A stretch of 60,165 nt of DNA from Candidatus Margulisiibacteriota bacterium (GCA_016779165.1 JADHOE010000003.1:1-60165), one strand, 5' to 3'. Positions 38,433-48,672 are shown, counted from the first letter of the stretch. Made by a program: numbers and translations. The notes: a model not told the origin generated them from the sequence alone.

Positions 38433-41400
38433 ATGAATCGCATTCAATGGGTTGGCATATGGTTGTTTTTATTTATTTCTTCATCATTTGCTTTGGCCAA
38501 AATGCCCGCAACCTTTGGCATCGATGTATTTGTATCAAAAACAGCTGAGGATGGCCGTCGGTACCCATTAAATGGGGGCTATCATATTACCTTAGAGTTA
38601 ATTCAAAATGACTCAGCGCAATTTACAAAGTCATTCACAACATTCATAACGGAAGGAATTTTAACGATTGAAATTAACAATGAGGATGGGCTTGACACCT
38701 CACTATTCAGAGTCGCACCCACTAAATTGCGACTAAGCATCTCTGCCCATCAAACTCAATATTCATCAATAACTAATACGGGCATTTCATCATTTTCAGA
38801 GGGCACTGAAGTATTTGAGCTGCCACTTTATTATGTGACCCATGCCAAGCGAAGTGTGTCAACAAACCGAGCAAAAACATTTAATTCTTTACGTAATTTA
38901 AACTTAATACAGTTGGACCCAACCCATTTGACGGTTGCAATAGGAACAACCAATGCCGAATCAAAAATGCTTAACGACGATGAATCCGTAAAACTGCGCA
39001 TGTTGATTGATGGCACAGTACTAGCCAATGCATTTATTGGAGACGGCAGTCAACTGCTCAATTTAGATGTGATTCGTTGGAAAAGAATTTTAAATCCTGA
39101 ACGCATTCACTACACCAAAGGGTTTGTTGGTATTGGCATTGAGTCGCCAACAGAAAACCTGCATGTCAGCGGCAATATGCGCCTATCAGAAGATGAAAAT
39201 ATAGCCTTTACTGACCTTGCAGGCGATGCAGACGACCCATTGCTGACCATTCGGGACACGCTGCAAACAACCTTTAAGGGTGAGGCCCCGCTTATCTCTT
39301 CATTAAATGCATCAAATATTGCCATTGGAGCGTTACCCGAAGGAAGGCTTGACTTAGATTACCATCACATCACTGGCCTTGGGGAAATTTCCAGTGCCAA
39401 ATGGAATTCGACCAGTCAAATACAAGACCCTTATATCGCCAATAATTTAACCATTAATGAAACCTCAACTTTCACAAATGGGTCTTTAAGTGGCCGTATT
39501 GAATTGAACGGCAACTTCCATGTGGGATCAAATGCCTATGACATGGCCATAAAATCAAGCCATTGGGACTTGAATAATGCCAGCCAATTTAATGCAATTC
39601 ATGTTGGCGACATTCACATGGAAGACCAACACATTCGTTACGCAGACACCTTGCAGATTAACAACAAAAAACAGCCTGTTTTAAGCATCCACAATAACGG
39701 GGCACTGAGTCAAAAAAACAGCGAAATCACATCCATGTTTAATCCAGAAAACTCCATTCAGATAGGAAACTCCACCAATGACGCCTTGGGCACATTGCGA
39801 TTGAGTAATTATTTTGAAGGTTACACATCAAGCGGCTGGACGCGGCTTGACCAAAGCGGCACATTTACTGGTTACTCGTTGTTTCCAAAAGACAACTTCA
39901 GCGCCCCAGTCATTGAAATTGTTAAGCAAGACAATACGGCCAATATTGGGGTCAATGAATCCCGCCCAAGGGATCACCTTACGGTATCGGGAAATGTGAT
40001 TTTTATGGGCAATACAATGGCTGAAGAATTATCACAACTTTCGGGTGGAAGCTATTGGTTATGGGCCGCAAATACTGGGTCGCTTCGAATTGGGCAATCA
40101 AATCTACCAGAAGTCAATGACAGCATGTTTAATCCAGATCGAATGGGAAATTACTCTGTGGCCATTGGTAAAAATGCAATTGCCCAAGGCGATGGGTCCA
40201 TTAATGTATCCTTTTCAACCGATGAATTGGGGCCAACCAGTGTTAAAGGAAGCTACGGTATTGCTCTTGGCGCCCAAGGGCTTGAATTCAGCAATGCGCA
40301 TGGCATTGTTGTTGCATCACAACGTTTAACAACCATTCACCCCAATGCGTTATCGTCCATTATCTTTAGTTCAGATGAAATAACAGATACCACTGACTTC
40401 ACTGGTGAATCATCCATTGTATTAAACGGAAACAACCCAACGACACAATTTAACAACACCATCATGGGCGGACAAAACCTTGCTGCCCCATTGGGTAATA
40501 ACAGCTTTTTTTGGGGCAGCAATCGGCGCTCGCAAGGCATTCAATCAGAGTCATCTGAACCCATCGATGGCACATTTCAACTATCAATGTTTGTAAAAAT
40601 GGGAATTAACACAACCTTTAATCAGAATGAGCCGTCCGACTTGGTGGTGGGTGATAAAATTATTGCCTCCAATTTTGTTGGCAACGGCAGTCGATTAACT
40701 GGTGACCTTCAAACCAACCATTTAACGGTTAAGATTGGCGAAGAAATCAAGCGAATAGAAACTGCCAGCAAAAAGGAGCCGCAATCCATTTACGTATCGA
40801 ATAACTCTAAGGCATTACCAAAGGACACTGTTTCGAATCAATCAATCAAAGATGGGAGCTTGGTTGCATTAGACTTTAGAGAAGGAAGCATAGGAAAAAA
40901 TGCATTCCAGGCTGGGTCCATTCAAGGGGACCGACTTGAACAAAACGCACTAACTGGCGATTCACTGGAAGGGCAATCACTACAGTCCCGACTGTTCTCA
41001 GGAATTACTGGGACAAATTTTGAAGATGATGCCATTACCAGTGTTGCACTTGCAGAACCCAGCATATACACAAATCACATCACCAACTCTGCCGTTACTG
41101 GCAACCATATTCTAGAAAATCAAGTGAATGCGCCAATCAATAATATTGCACGTCATGCCATAACCGCTGATGATATTTTTGTCGAAGAACTGACGAGTTC
41201 ACCATTTGATTACTTCAATAATGGCGCGGCTACAGGTGAAACCATTGCGCATGGGGCACTATCAACCACATTATTCGATGATGGCGCCATTGAATCGTCG
41301 TATTTTGTGTATGAAACCACAGCTACCCCACCCCAGCCCAACCCACAAATTCAAGAGCATCACCTAAATGCAGCTGCCGTTCGATCCAACCATATTCAAG

Positions 41401-43796
41401 AGGATGCCCTTGAATCTCGGCACTTTTCAGACCAAAGCATTCACACCAACGACCTTACCCGAAATGCCGTAGAGTCATTCCCATTTAGCGAAGATGACCC
41501 CAAAATTATTGCAACCAACCGAACCATTGCAGAGGGACCATTGTTTAGCAGCCGGCATTTGTCAGATAACGCCCTTACCACAGATAAATTTCATGACAAT
41601 TGCAGTAGCTGTGAGTCGCAAACTGAACGGTTTCAGTTGCAGGGCGATCAAATTGCCGACAATGCCATAGCATTTGACGATGATGATTTAGACGGGACTG
41701 AAGGCGATGAATTGGCCGACAAAAGCATTGAATTACGGCACATTACACCAAATGCCATTATTGGACGACACTTAAAAACCGATACTATTAAAACCAGGCA
41801 TTTTTTAAACGATACGATTGTTAGTAGAAATTTAGAGGAGCAATCCGTTTCATCGAGCAATATTGTCGATGGAACACTAACAATATCCAGCAATGATTCA
41901 CTTGGAGACTTTGCACTAAAGTCATTTTATGGCCGTCATTTGGTTCCAAAGCTAATTAACGCTACCCATGTATCAGACAATGCGGTGTTGAGCAAAAACA
42001 TCGCCAATAACAGTATTACATCCAATCATATCGTTGATTTTTCGCTGGAAATGGATGATTTTCAGCCCGGTGCATTTACCACAGAAAAATTTAAAACCAG
42101 CACCGTGACATCAGAAAATCTAGCGGAATCTATTTTTGAAGAAAAGCATTTTGGAGAATTTGACATTCCTTACACTAAAATTCTCGATCACTCTGTATCG
42201 TGGGACAACTTTATTCCACCACCAGATGGCGAATTTCCAGTGGACCGATTCTCTGATAACTCCCTGGCCTTTTATACACCTGATGGTGTCGGGCAAGCCT
42301 TTGAAAATGACATTCTTTTGGATGCTAGCGAAATGATAACCAAAAACAGTATTCCATACGATGCATTCACCTTTAACACCGATGACTCAGGGTACCCATT
42401 ATCAAAACTAATGACCCCACTTTCAGTGGACCATGGCGGCACTGGTATTTCATCTTTTTTAAAGGATGCTATTGTTTTTTCAAATGATCACCCCACCAAT
42501 TCAAAGCTCAGTCAGGACCCGTTATTCAAATATAACGATGGCATTTTTTTTATTGGGCAACCCAGAATTCCAAGGGGCTTTAAGGGTCTATTGACCACTG
42601 GAAATGTGCTCATTTCAAATGGCGCCCTCATCCTTAAAAAATATTCTGATAACGAATTTACCTTTGCCACATACAATACAGCGGATAATGCCATCCAATT
42701 TACCCACCGAAACCCCTTGGATTCAAATGAGTATAATATGATGCTAAAAACCAACAGACTTTATTCAAAAGACGCATTGGTATTGGGGGATGCTGGCCAG
42801 GCCAATATGATCGATTTGCCATCTGGATTCACATTTGGAACGACTTACCGCAATTCTGCTCCTCCAGAAAACGGCATGATTGTTGAGGGGTCCATTCAAA
42901 TTGGCGGCGAACGAGATCAAGATTTCTCATTATTACCTGAAGGGGTGCTATTGAAAGCAGATAATGGGACCATACACGCAACGTCAAGCAACATCGGAAT
43001 TTTGGTTACAGAATCAACGCCACCCCACCCCAGTCCAATTCTAAGTGAAGGAAGAAGCATTAAGGCCAAAGGAGACACCGGCATCAATATTATCAGCTCG
43101 GATTCAAATTCAATTCCGATCAAGGTTGAGCTGGATGCCGATGGCATAGACGAGGTTGTGATCGGCATATCATCCTCATTGGAGCTTCCTATCTTGCCAA
43201 CGCTAAACGCATCAGCCATTCAGGTCACGCTAAATGCTCAACAAACCCACGTACACACCGGTAGCATTGGCAAAGTCAACACCGAGGCGCCTGTGTTTTA
43301 TGCCGGCATTTACGGTTCAAGGTCTGGTGAAACATCAACGGATTATGCTGGTGTATTTGACTCGTTATCAACCCAAAAACCACCAACCTTTATGGGAAGC
43401 CTAACCAACAAAATCATGCAACAGTCCAGCCATTTGCACATCACATCATTTAAAGCAGAAGGGCCAATTGTGTATCAGCCTCAAACAAATATCATATCTT
43501 CCATCGATTGGAGAAAAGGAAACATTGCTGTGGTGGATGTTGATAACAACGATCGAACCATTACATTTCAAACACCTCCAGATAGATCAGCCAAATTACT
43601 AATACATGTAACTCACAGCGGGGTCGGCAAACTCAGTTTTCAAACCGCGGGAATAGAAACCATTCGTTGGAAAGATGATTATGAACCAGAACTCACCGCA
43701 ACCGAGGGAAGTGTGGATTTTGTATCATTGTTTTACGACCACCAAACCAATACCTACTATGGATCGGCTGCCTATAACTTTATCGACCAAAATTAG
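38433..43796 (+). CDS. Giant exported fibre-like protein 2, paralog of protein 1
   Basis: Signal peptide; same domain order; FIGDGSQLLNL; ITGLGEISSAKWN...YIANNLT; interrupted decamer shaft; LSVDHGGTG; C-terminal IDWRKG...IRW...YYG domain. Starts 12 nt after the protein 1 stop, with a GGGGG SD-like run. Confidence 0.85.
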   Translation: MNRIQWVGIWLFLFISSSFALAKMPATFGIDVFVSKTAEDGRRYPLNGGYHITLELIQNDSAQFTKSFTTFITEGILTIEINNEDGLDTSLFRVAPTKLRLSISAHQTQYSSITNTGISSFSEGTEVFELPLYYVTHAKRSVSTNRAKTFNSLRNLNLIQLDPTHLTVAIGTTNAESKMLNDDESVKLRMLIDGTVLANAFIGDGSQLLNLDVIRWKRILNPERIHYTKGFVGIGIESPTENLHVSGNMRLSEDENIAFTDLAGDADDPLLTIRDTLQTTFKGEAPLISSLNASNIAIGALPEGRLDLDYHHITGLGEISSAKWNSTSQIQDPYIANNLTINETSTFTNGSLSGRIELNGNFHVGSNAYDMAIKSSHWDLNNASQFNAIHVGDIHMEDQHIRYADTLQINNKKQPVLSIHNNGALSQKNSEITSMFNPENSIQIGNSTNDALGTLRLSNYFEGYTSSGWTRLDQSGTFTGYSLFPKDNFSAPVIEIVKQDNTANIGVNESRPRDHLTVSGNVIFMGNTMAEELSQLSGGSYWLWAANTGSLRIGQSNLPEVNDSMFNPDRMGNYSVAIGKNAIAQGDGSINVSFSTDELGPTSVKGSYGIALGAQGLEFSNAHGIVVASQRLTTIHPNALSSIIFSSDEITDTTDFTGESSIVLNGNNPTTQFNNTIMGGQNLAAPLGNNSFFWGSNRRSQGIQSESSEPIDGTFQLSMFVKMGINTTFNQNEPSDLVVGDKIIASNFVGNGSRLTGDLQTNHLTVKIGEEIKRIETASKKEPQSIYVSNNSKALPKDTVSNQSIKDGSLVALDFREGSIGKNAFQAGSIQGDRLEQNALTGDSLEGQSLQSRLFSGITGTNFEDDAITSVALAEPSIYTNHITNSAVTGNHILENQVNAPINNIARHAITADDIFVEELTSSPFDYFNNGAATGETIAHGALSTTLFDDGAIESSYFVYETTATPPQPNPQIQEHHLNAAAVRSNHIQEDALESRHFSDQSIHTNDLTRNAVESFPFSEDDPKIIATNRTIAEGPLFSSRHLSDNALTTDKFHDNCSSCESQTERFQLQGDQIADNAIAFDDDDLDGTEGDELADKSIELRHITPNAIIGRHLKTDTIKTRHFLNDTIVSRNLEEQSVSSSNIVDGTLTISSNDSLGDFALKSFYGRHLVPKLINATHVSDNAVLSKNIANNSITSNHIVDFSLEMDDFQPGAFTTEKFKTSTVTSENLAESIFEEKHFGEFDIPYTKILDHSVSWDNFIPPPDGEFPVDRFSDNSLAFYTPDGVGQAFENDILLDASEMITKNSIPYDAFTFNTDDSGYPLSKLMTPLSVDHGGTGISSFLKDAIVFSNDHPTNSKLSQDPLFKYNDGIFFIGQPRIPRGFKGLLTTGNVLISNGALILKKYSDNEFTFATYNTADNAIQFTHRNPLDSNEYNMMLKTNRLYSKDALVLGDAGQANMIDLPSGFTFGTTYRNSAPPENGMIVEGSIQIGGERDQDFSLLPEGVLLKADNGTIHATSSNIGILVTESTPPHPSPILSEGRSIKAKGDTGINIISSDSNSIPIKVELDADGIDEVVIGISSSLELPILPTLNASAIQVTLNAQQTHVHTGSIGKVNTEAPVFYAGIYGSRSGETSTDYAGVFDSLSTQKPPTFMGSLTNKIMQQSSHLHITSFKAEGPIVYQPQTNIISSIDWRKGNIAVVDVDNNDRTITFQTPPDRSAKLLIHVTHSGVGKLSFQTAGIETIRWKDDYEPELTATEGSVDFVSLFYDHQTNTYYGSAAYNFIDQN
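40827..42420 (+). repeat. Degenerate, insertion-interrupted decamer repeat region in fibre protein 2
   Basis: TVSNQSIKDG / AITSVALAEP / AVRSNHIQED / AIIGRHLKTD / SITSNHIVDF type units separated by acidic inserts. Confidence 0.8.
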
Positions 43797-43863
43797 AAAC
43801 ACTACCCCATCAAGGACACACATTTACTAGACGATCATTCAAAACATTGGTTAGAATGATTCA

Positions 43864-45156
43864 ATGATATCACGATACTCAAGACCCGATATGGCAAAAG
43901 TGTGGGACCCCACGAACAAATTTCAACGGTGGCTAGATGTTGAGCTAGCCGCATGCAAAGCGCATGTTGAATTGGGAAATATTCCAAAATCAGCGTACGA
44001 TACCATCAAAGCAAAGGCATCCTTTAATGTAAAACGAATCGATGAAATTGAAGCCGATATTCACCATGATGTGATTGCTTTTTTAACCTGCTTGGCTGAA
44101 TCCATTGGCGATGAGTCACGCTTTGTTCATTTGGGGCTTACCAGTTCGGATGTCGTTGACACTGCATTTAGTTTGCTTATCCAAGATGCTGGCAACCTGC
44201 TGTTGGCCGACATCGATACACTAATGGCGGCCCTTAAGGAAAAGGCAAAAAAATACAAGTACACCCTCACCATGGGCCGAACCCATGGGGTCCATGCGGA
44301 ACCCACCACAGTGGGTTTAAAACTAACCATATGGTTTGAGGAAATGAAGCGAAACAAGCAACGCCTGACCCAAGCACTTGCTGCAACTAATGTCGGTAAA
44401 ATTTCTGGTGCGGTTGGAAATTATGCCCATATGCCCCCAAAATTGGAGGCCTTGGTTTGCTCCGAATTGGGGCTTCAAATTGCGCCAGTATCCACGCAAG
44501 TCTTGCAGAGAGACCGTCACGCTGAGTTCATGGCCACACTTGCCATCATTGCTGGCAGTTTAGAAAAAATGGCGGTTGAAATCCGTGGACTTCAAAAAAC
44601 AGAATTTAACGAAATTTTAGAACCATTCTCAAAAAATCAAAAAGGGTCATCGGCCATGCCACACAAAAAGAACCCCATTATTTGCGAGCGGGTGACAGGG
44701 CTATCTCGGGTAATCCGTGGTTATGCAATTACAGCATTTGAAAATCAAGCGCTTTGGCATGAGCGTGACATCTCGCACTCGTCGTCAGAACGCATAATTT
44801 TTCCCGATGCCACCATTTGCCTGGATTACATGTTTGGGTTAATGACCAAAGTCATTGATGGAATGACCGTTAATGAGCAGCAAATGAAATTAAACATCGG
44901 CAAATCATACAACGTATTTTTTTCGCAACAATTGTTGTTAAAAATGGTTCAAAAAGGAATGTTAAGAGAAGATGCCTACCGAATTGTCCAAAAAAATGCC
45001 CATGAAGCCTTTGATGAGCAAGTATTGTTTGACGAAAAAATCAAAGCCGACCCATCCATTAAAACATTGTTATCTGATGAAGAACTTAAAGCCATTTTTA
45101 ACTTTGATTCATATTCACGGCATGCCGATGAAATATTTGATCGGGTATACAAATAA
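43864..45156 (+). CDS. purB: Adenylosuccinate lyase
   Basis: MISRYSRP, HDVIAF, HLGLTSSD, GRTHGVHAEPT, GSSAMPHKKNP and WHERDISHSS motifs. Confidence 0.97.
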   Translation: MISRYSRPDMAKVWDPTNKFQRWLDVELAACKAHVELGNIPKSAYDTIKAKASFNVKRIDEIEADIHHDVIAFLTCLAESIGDESRFVHLGLTSSDVVDTAFSLLIQDAGNLLLADIDTLMAALKEKAKKYKYTLTMGRTHGVHAEPTTVGLKLTIWFEEMKRNKQRLTQALAATNVGKISGAVGNYAHMPPKLEALVCSELGLQIAPVSTQVLQRDRHAEFMATLAIIAGSLEKMAVEIRGLQKTEFNEILEPFSKNQKGSSAMPHKKNPIICERVTGLSRVIRGYAITAFENQALWHERDISHSSSERIIFPDATICLDYMFGLMTKVIDGMTVNEQQMKLNIGKSYNVFFSQQLLLKMVQKGMLREDAYRIVQKNAHEAFDEQVLFDEKIKADPSIKTLLSDEELKAIFNFDSYSRHADEIFDRVYK

Positions 45157-45223
45157 AAGCCACCGCCTAGTATGTTGAAACCAATTCAAACCAAGGGTCG
45201 ATAATATTAAGGAGAGTTTACAT

Positions 45224-47080
45224 ATGAAAGAAAATAAACAAGAAACAAAATCAACGAAACCAAGAGTTAATGCGTGCGATGTCACTATCAAACAAAGCAC
45301 ACCGGCATCGCAATCATTTACCAGCCGATTGCTGTCGGCCATTAAACAACCTGCATTTTTAATTTTTATCGGGTTTTCGATATTGGCCTTTACAATTGGC
45401 CAAAACATGGCCCCAAAATACGCTGTTCAAAAGATAGCCATCGAGGCCCAACAAAATAGCGACGACCAACTCTTTTATACCTACAAAGGCAAACCGATTG
45501 TAATTGATAGCGTAACGCCGATTGAATCCGCAACATTAACCAAAGAAAATATAAACACATTACAACGTCAGGGATTGCCCATTCCAAGCGCTGAATTTGT
45601 TAGTGAAGCAACAGTAGTAGATGGGCAAGAAACCACGTTAATCTACCAATTAAATACAAAAAAGCACTGGGGCATATGGTCCTTGTTGCCAGCCATCGTT
45701 GCAATTGCGTTGTGTTGGATTACACGTGAACCCATTACATCCCTTTTTTCTGGCATTGTGGTTGGGGCATTATTGCTAACACAATACGACATTATTGATT
45801 CGATCTTGCTTCAATCCATGGCCACTAAAAGTGCTGCCGGGATTATGTTATTGTACTTATGGCTATTGGGTGGGTTAATGGGCATTTGGTCGAGAACCGG
45901 CGCAGCAAAATCCTTTGCTAGCTTAATGACCAAACACATCGTTCGTGGCCCTAAATCTGCCAAGTTTGTTGCATGGATGCTTGGGGTAATCTTCTTTCAA
46001 GGGGGCACCATGAGCACGGTATTGGTTGGATCAACCGTAAAGCCAATTGCAGATGAAGAAAACATCAGCCATGAAGAGTTGTCTTACATTGTTGATTCTA
46101 CTGCATCTCCCATTGCATGCTTGTTGGCCTTCAATGCGTGGCCAAGCTATGTTCAATCGTTCATGATGGTATCTGGGGTTGGCTTTCTTGCAACTGAAAC
46201 CGACAGAATCAAATTCTTTTTTGCCAGCGTGCCCTTCAGTTTTTATGCCATTTTTGCTGTGCTTGGCACCCTACTGCTGTCATTTGATAAAGCCCCTTTT
46301 CTTGGAAAACAAATGAAAGCCGCCATCAAACGAGCCAGAACTACTGGAGAGCTAAACTCAAAACATGCCAAACCGTTATCGGCAAAAGAGTTGGAATCCA
46401 GCCATGTTCCAGCGAATTACACCCCAAATGTTATTGATTTCTTTTTGCCATTGGCATTGTTAATTGGGGTTACCATTGGCACTTTTGTACTCATGGGCTC
46501 CCCCAATGTTCGTTGGGGCTTTGGCTTGGCATTTGCCGCCGCTTTCTTTTTAGCATTGGGTCGAGGCATGAATTTAACCGATCTAATGGACGGCATTGGC
46601 GATGGATTAAAAGGGGTGGTATTGGGGTCTGTAATTTTAATATTGGCCATTACCATTGGTGCCATTGCCAAGGAAGCTGGCGGAGGCATCTATTTGGTAG
46701 AAATGTTGGGTAACGCCATTCCATTTTATGCATTGCCTGCCATTTTAATGGCACTCACGGTTGTTATAGCGTTTTCAACTGGCACCAGTTGGGGCACTTA
46801 TGCCGTGGCATTTCCACTGGCCATGCCACTTGCATGGAGTGTTGCCATGAATGCTGGCATTCAACACCCAAAAATTTTTTTAATGATTTGTTTTGCTACT
46901 GTATTGAATGGGAGTGTTATGGGCGACCAATGCTCCCCAATATCAGACACCACCATTTTAAGCTCAATGTGTACAGGCTGTGATTTAATGGACCATGTTA
47001 AAACTCAAATCATTCCCGCAGCATACGCGGCAACCGCTGCCCTGGCCTGTTGGACCATTGCAACATTCATTATTGCTTAA
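45224..47080 (+). CDS. NhaC-family Na+/H+ antiporter-like transporter
   Basis: WSLLPAIVAI, LSYIVDSTASP, FSTGTSWGT and GSVMGDQCSPISDTTILSS...DHVKTQ motifs; SD AAGGAG. Confidence 0.9.
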   Translation: MKENKQETKSTKPRVNACDVTIKQSTPASQSFTSRLLSAIKQPAFLIFIGFSILAFTIGQNMAPKYAVQKIAIEAQQNSDDQLFYTYKGKPIVIDSVTPIESATLTKENINTLQRQGLPIPSAEFVSEATVVDGQETTLIYQLNTKKHWGIWSLLPAIVAIALCWITREPITSLFSGIVVGALLLTQYDIIDSILLQSMATKSAAGIMLLYLWLLGGLMGIWSRTGAAKSFASLMTKHIVRGPKSAKFVAWMLGVIFFQGGTMSTVLVGSTVKPIADEENISHEELSYIVDSTASPIACLLAFNAWPSYVQSFMMVSGVGFLATETDRIKFFFASVPFSFYAIFAVLGTLLLSFDKAPFLGKQMKAAIKRARTTGELNSKHAKPLSAKELESSHVPANYTPNVIDFFLPLALLIGVTIGTFVLMGSPNVRWGFGLAFAAAFFLALGRGMNLTDLMDGIGDGLKGVVLGSVILILAITIGAIAKEAGGGIYLVEMLGNAIPFYALPAILMALTVVIAFSTGTSWGTYAVAFPLAMPLAWSVAMNAGIQHPKIFLMICFATVLNGSVMGDQCSPISDTTILSSMCTGCDLMDHVKTQIIPAAYAATAALACWTIATFIIA

Positions 47081-47090
47081 CCAACGATAA

Positions 47091-47116
47091 CCTGTCCCCA
47101 AATGCGTGGGGGCAGG
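47091..47116 (+). terminator. GC-rich hairpin after the NhaC-family gene (possible terminator, no clear U-tract)
   Basis: CCTGTCCCCA-AATGCG-TGGGGGCAGG, a 10-bp stem with one U-G pair. Confidence 0.5.
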
Positions 47117-47283
47117 TGCTACATCCCCTGTAAAAACACCCCATATGAATATCATGTTTCACCCTCTTAAACTTATGGTTCGATGACAATGCATAAATCG
47201 CTGCGCACCCCCTAAGCACTACTCCATTTGGTTCATTTGAAACGGTCACCTGCAATGGGCGACTAATCAACTCAACGCGAGTA

Positions 47284-48672
47284 TTATTGCGTGTTTAATC
47301 GTGCTAATTTGGGTTGCACATATCGGTTCCAAGCCGCCCTATTTTTTGTAGGCACTTTGTGCAAATACGGAAAATGTTCAAAAACATCCAGATGCTGATG
47401 CATGGTCAAATGGGGGGCCATCTTCACCCATTGTCCCAACGAAATGGGGCGCATGTGTGGCAACATCGTTGCGACCACTTGGTCTTTCGTTTTTGGTGGT
47501 AGCGATTCAAATGACGGGTATTCCGATGATCGAAACAATAACCCTTTCTTGTAAAAGTATGGGGACACCTTTTTTTTATTACGCTGAATGCCATCTGTAA
47601 TGGGGCTTAGTGTGGTTAGATCGCCACGAAACTGTTTTGGCAATGTGGTTAAGATATCATAAGGCCGAGCCAAGCCCTCATCGCAATTTAAGGATTGTTT
47701 TTTTGCAGCCGACCAAATCCAATTCGAAAAGCGCTCATCCTGTATTTTATTACCAAAGGTATCCATCACATACTGAACATCCGAAATGGTCCAATTGATA
47801 GGTACCGATAACAAAAAGTCTTGCTGCTCCTGTTTAAAAAAATTAAAGTAACGAATCACATTAAAAAATACAGCCGTATCGCTGGACAAAAACAACGCCT
47901 TTGCCTCATCAAAACGGTTAAATGCCACAAAATAATACCCTTGCAAGGATGCATTCACCGCATTGTCGTCAGGGGATGCCTTACCGTTACCATTAAGCAA
48001 ATGATTTAATAATTGAAATGATGCTTGATGCGCATTGGTATCCCTGGGCGCCAATAACTGCTTATCCCAAAATTCAACCAGCGAATCAAATTTATTTGGA
48101 AACAATATTCGCGCATGATAGGCCAATACCATTTGATCAAATAATGGCCAGAATTTATACACATGGGCATGCCGACGTTTAAATGCTCTAAGCGTACCCT
48201 TATCACCAGGAATCAATTGTTGGGCCATGGTTATTTTTTCTGCAGGGCTAAAAAAATTAAATATTTCTTTGAGTTCTGAATCCATAAATGGTGGTAGGGG
48301 TTTGTAAAACAAGTGTTGTAATGTTTGTATTCGAATAAAAGGTGTTGCATGTCGCATGGTATCTAATGTTGAAATTAACAAGTCCCAACGTTTGTTTTCA
48401 AGCATGTAGTCAAGCAACAATGGGTGTGCCACGTGCTTCGATATGGCCAATGGAATTAAGGCCAAAATGGCGTCTGATTCAGACTGAATATAATCATCCG
48501 TAGACAACCCATTTACTTTGACAATGCCACACGCCCTTAGATCAGCCGGAAAAACAAACCCCGATGGCGACACCGACTGATACAGTTCCAACTCTTTCTT
48601 AATGATGTCACAATCTGGTGACATGGCCCATACGATGTGGCATAGGCATACCAATAACCCAATGAATCTCAT
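47284..48672 (-). CDS. Exported hypothetical protein
   Basis: 462-codon ORF with signal-like MRFIGLLVCLCHIVWA; ATGA overlap with the nadE stop. Confidence 0.75.
   Translation of the reverse strand: MRFIGLLVCLCHIVWAMSPDCDIIKKELELYQSVSPSGFVFPADLRACGIVKVNGLSTDDYIQSESDAILALIPLAISKHVAHPLLLDYMLENKRWDLLISTLDTMRHATPFIRIQTLQHLFYKPLPPFMDSELKEIFNFFSPAEKITMAQQLIPGDKGTLRAFKRRHAHVYKFWPLFDQMVLAYHARILFPNKFDSLVEFWDKQLLAPRDTNAHQASFQLLNHLLNGNGKASPDDNAVNASLQGYYFVAFNRFDEAKALFLSSDTAVFFNVIRYFNFFKQEQQDFLLSVPINWTISDVQYVMDTFGNKIQDERFSNWIWSAAKKQSLNCDEGLARPYDILTTLPKQFRGDLTTLSPITDGIQRNKKKVSPYFYKKGLLFRSSEYPSFESLPPKTKDQVVATMLPHMRPISLGQWVKMAPHLTMHQHLDVFEHFPYLHKVPTKNRAAWNRYVQPKLARLNTQ

Noticed and set aside
33465-43796. Prophage, GTA or contractile-injection-system interpretation of the fibre genes
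   Set aside because: Both proteins have signal peptides, and the flanks are housekeeping genes with no other phage structural, lysis or integration genes.
47112-47253. Long-range GCAGGTG/CACCTGC pairing in the 200-nt NhaC gap as a second ncRNA
   Set aside because: One 7-bp match in 200 nt is expected by chance and I found no convincing nested helices; a cmscan would settle it.
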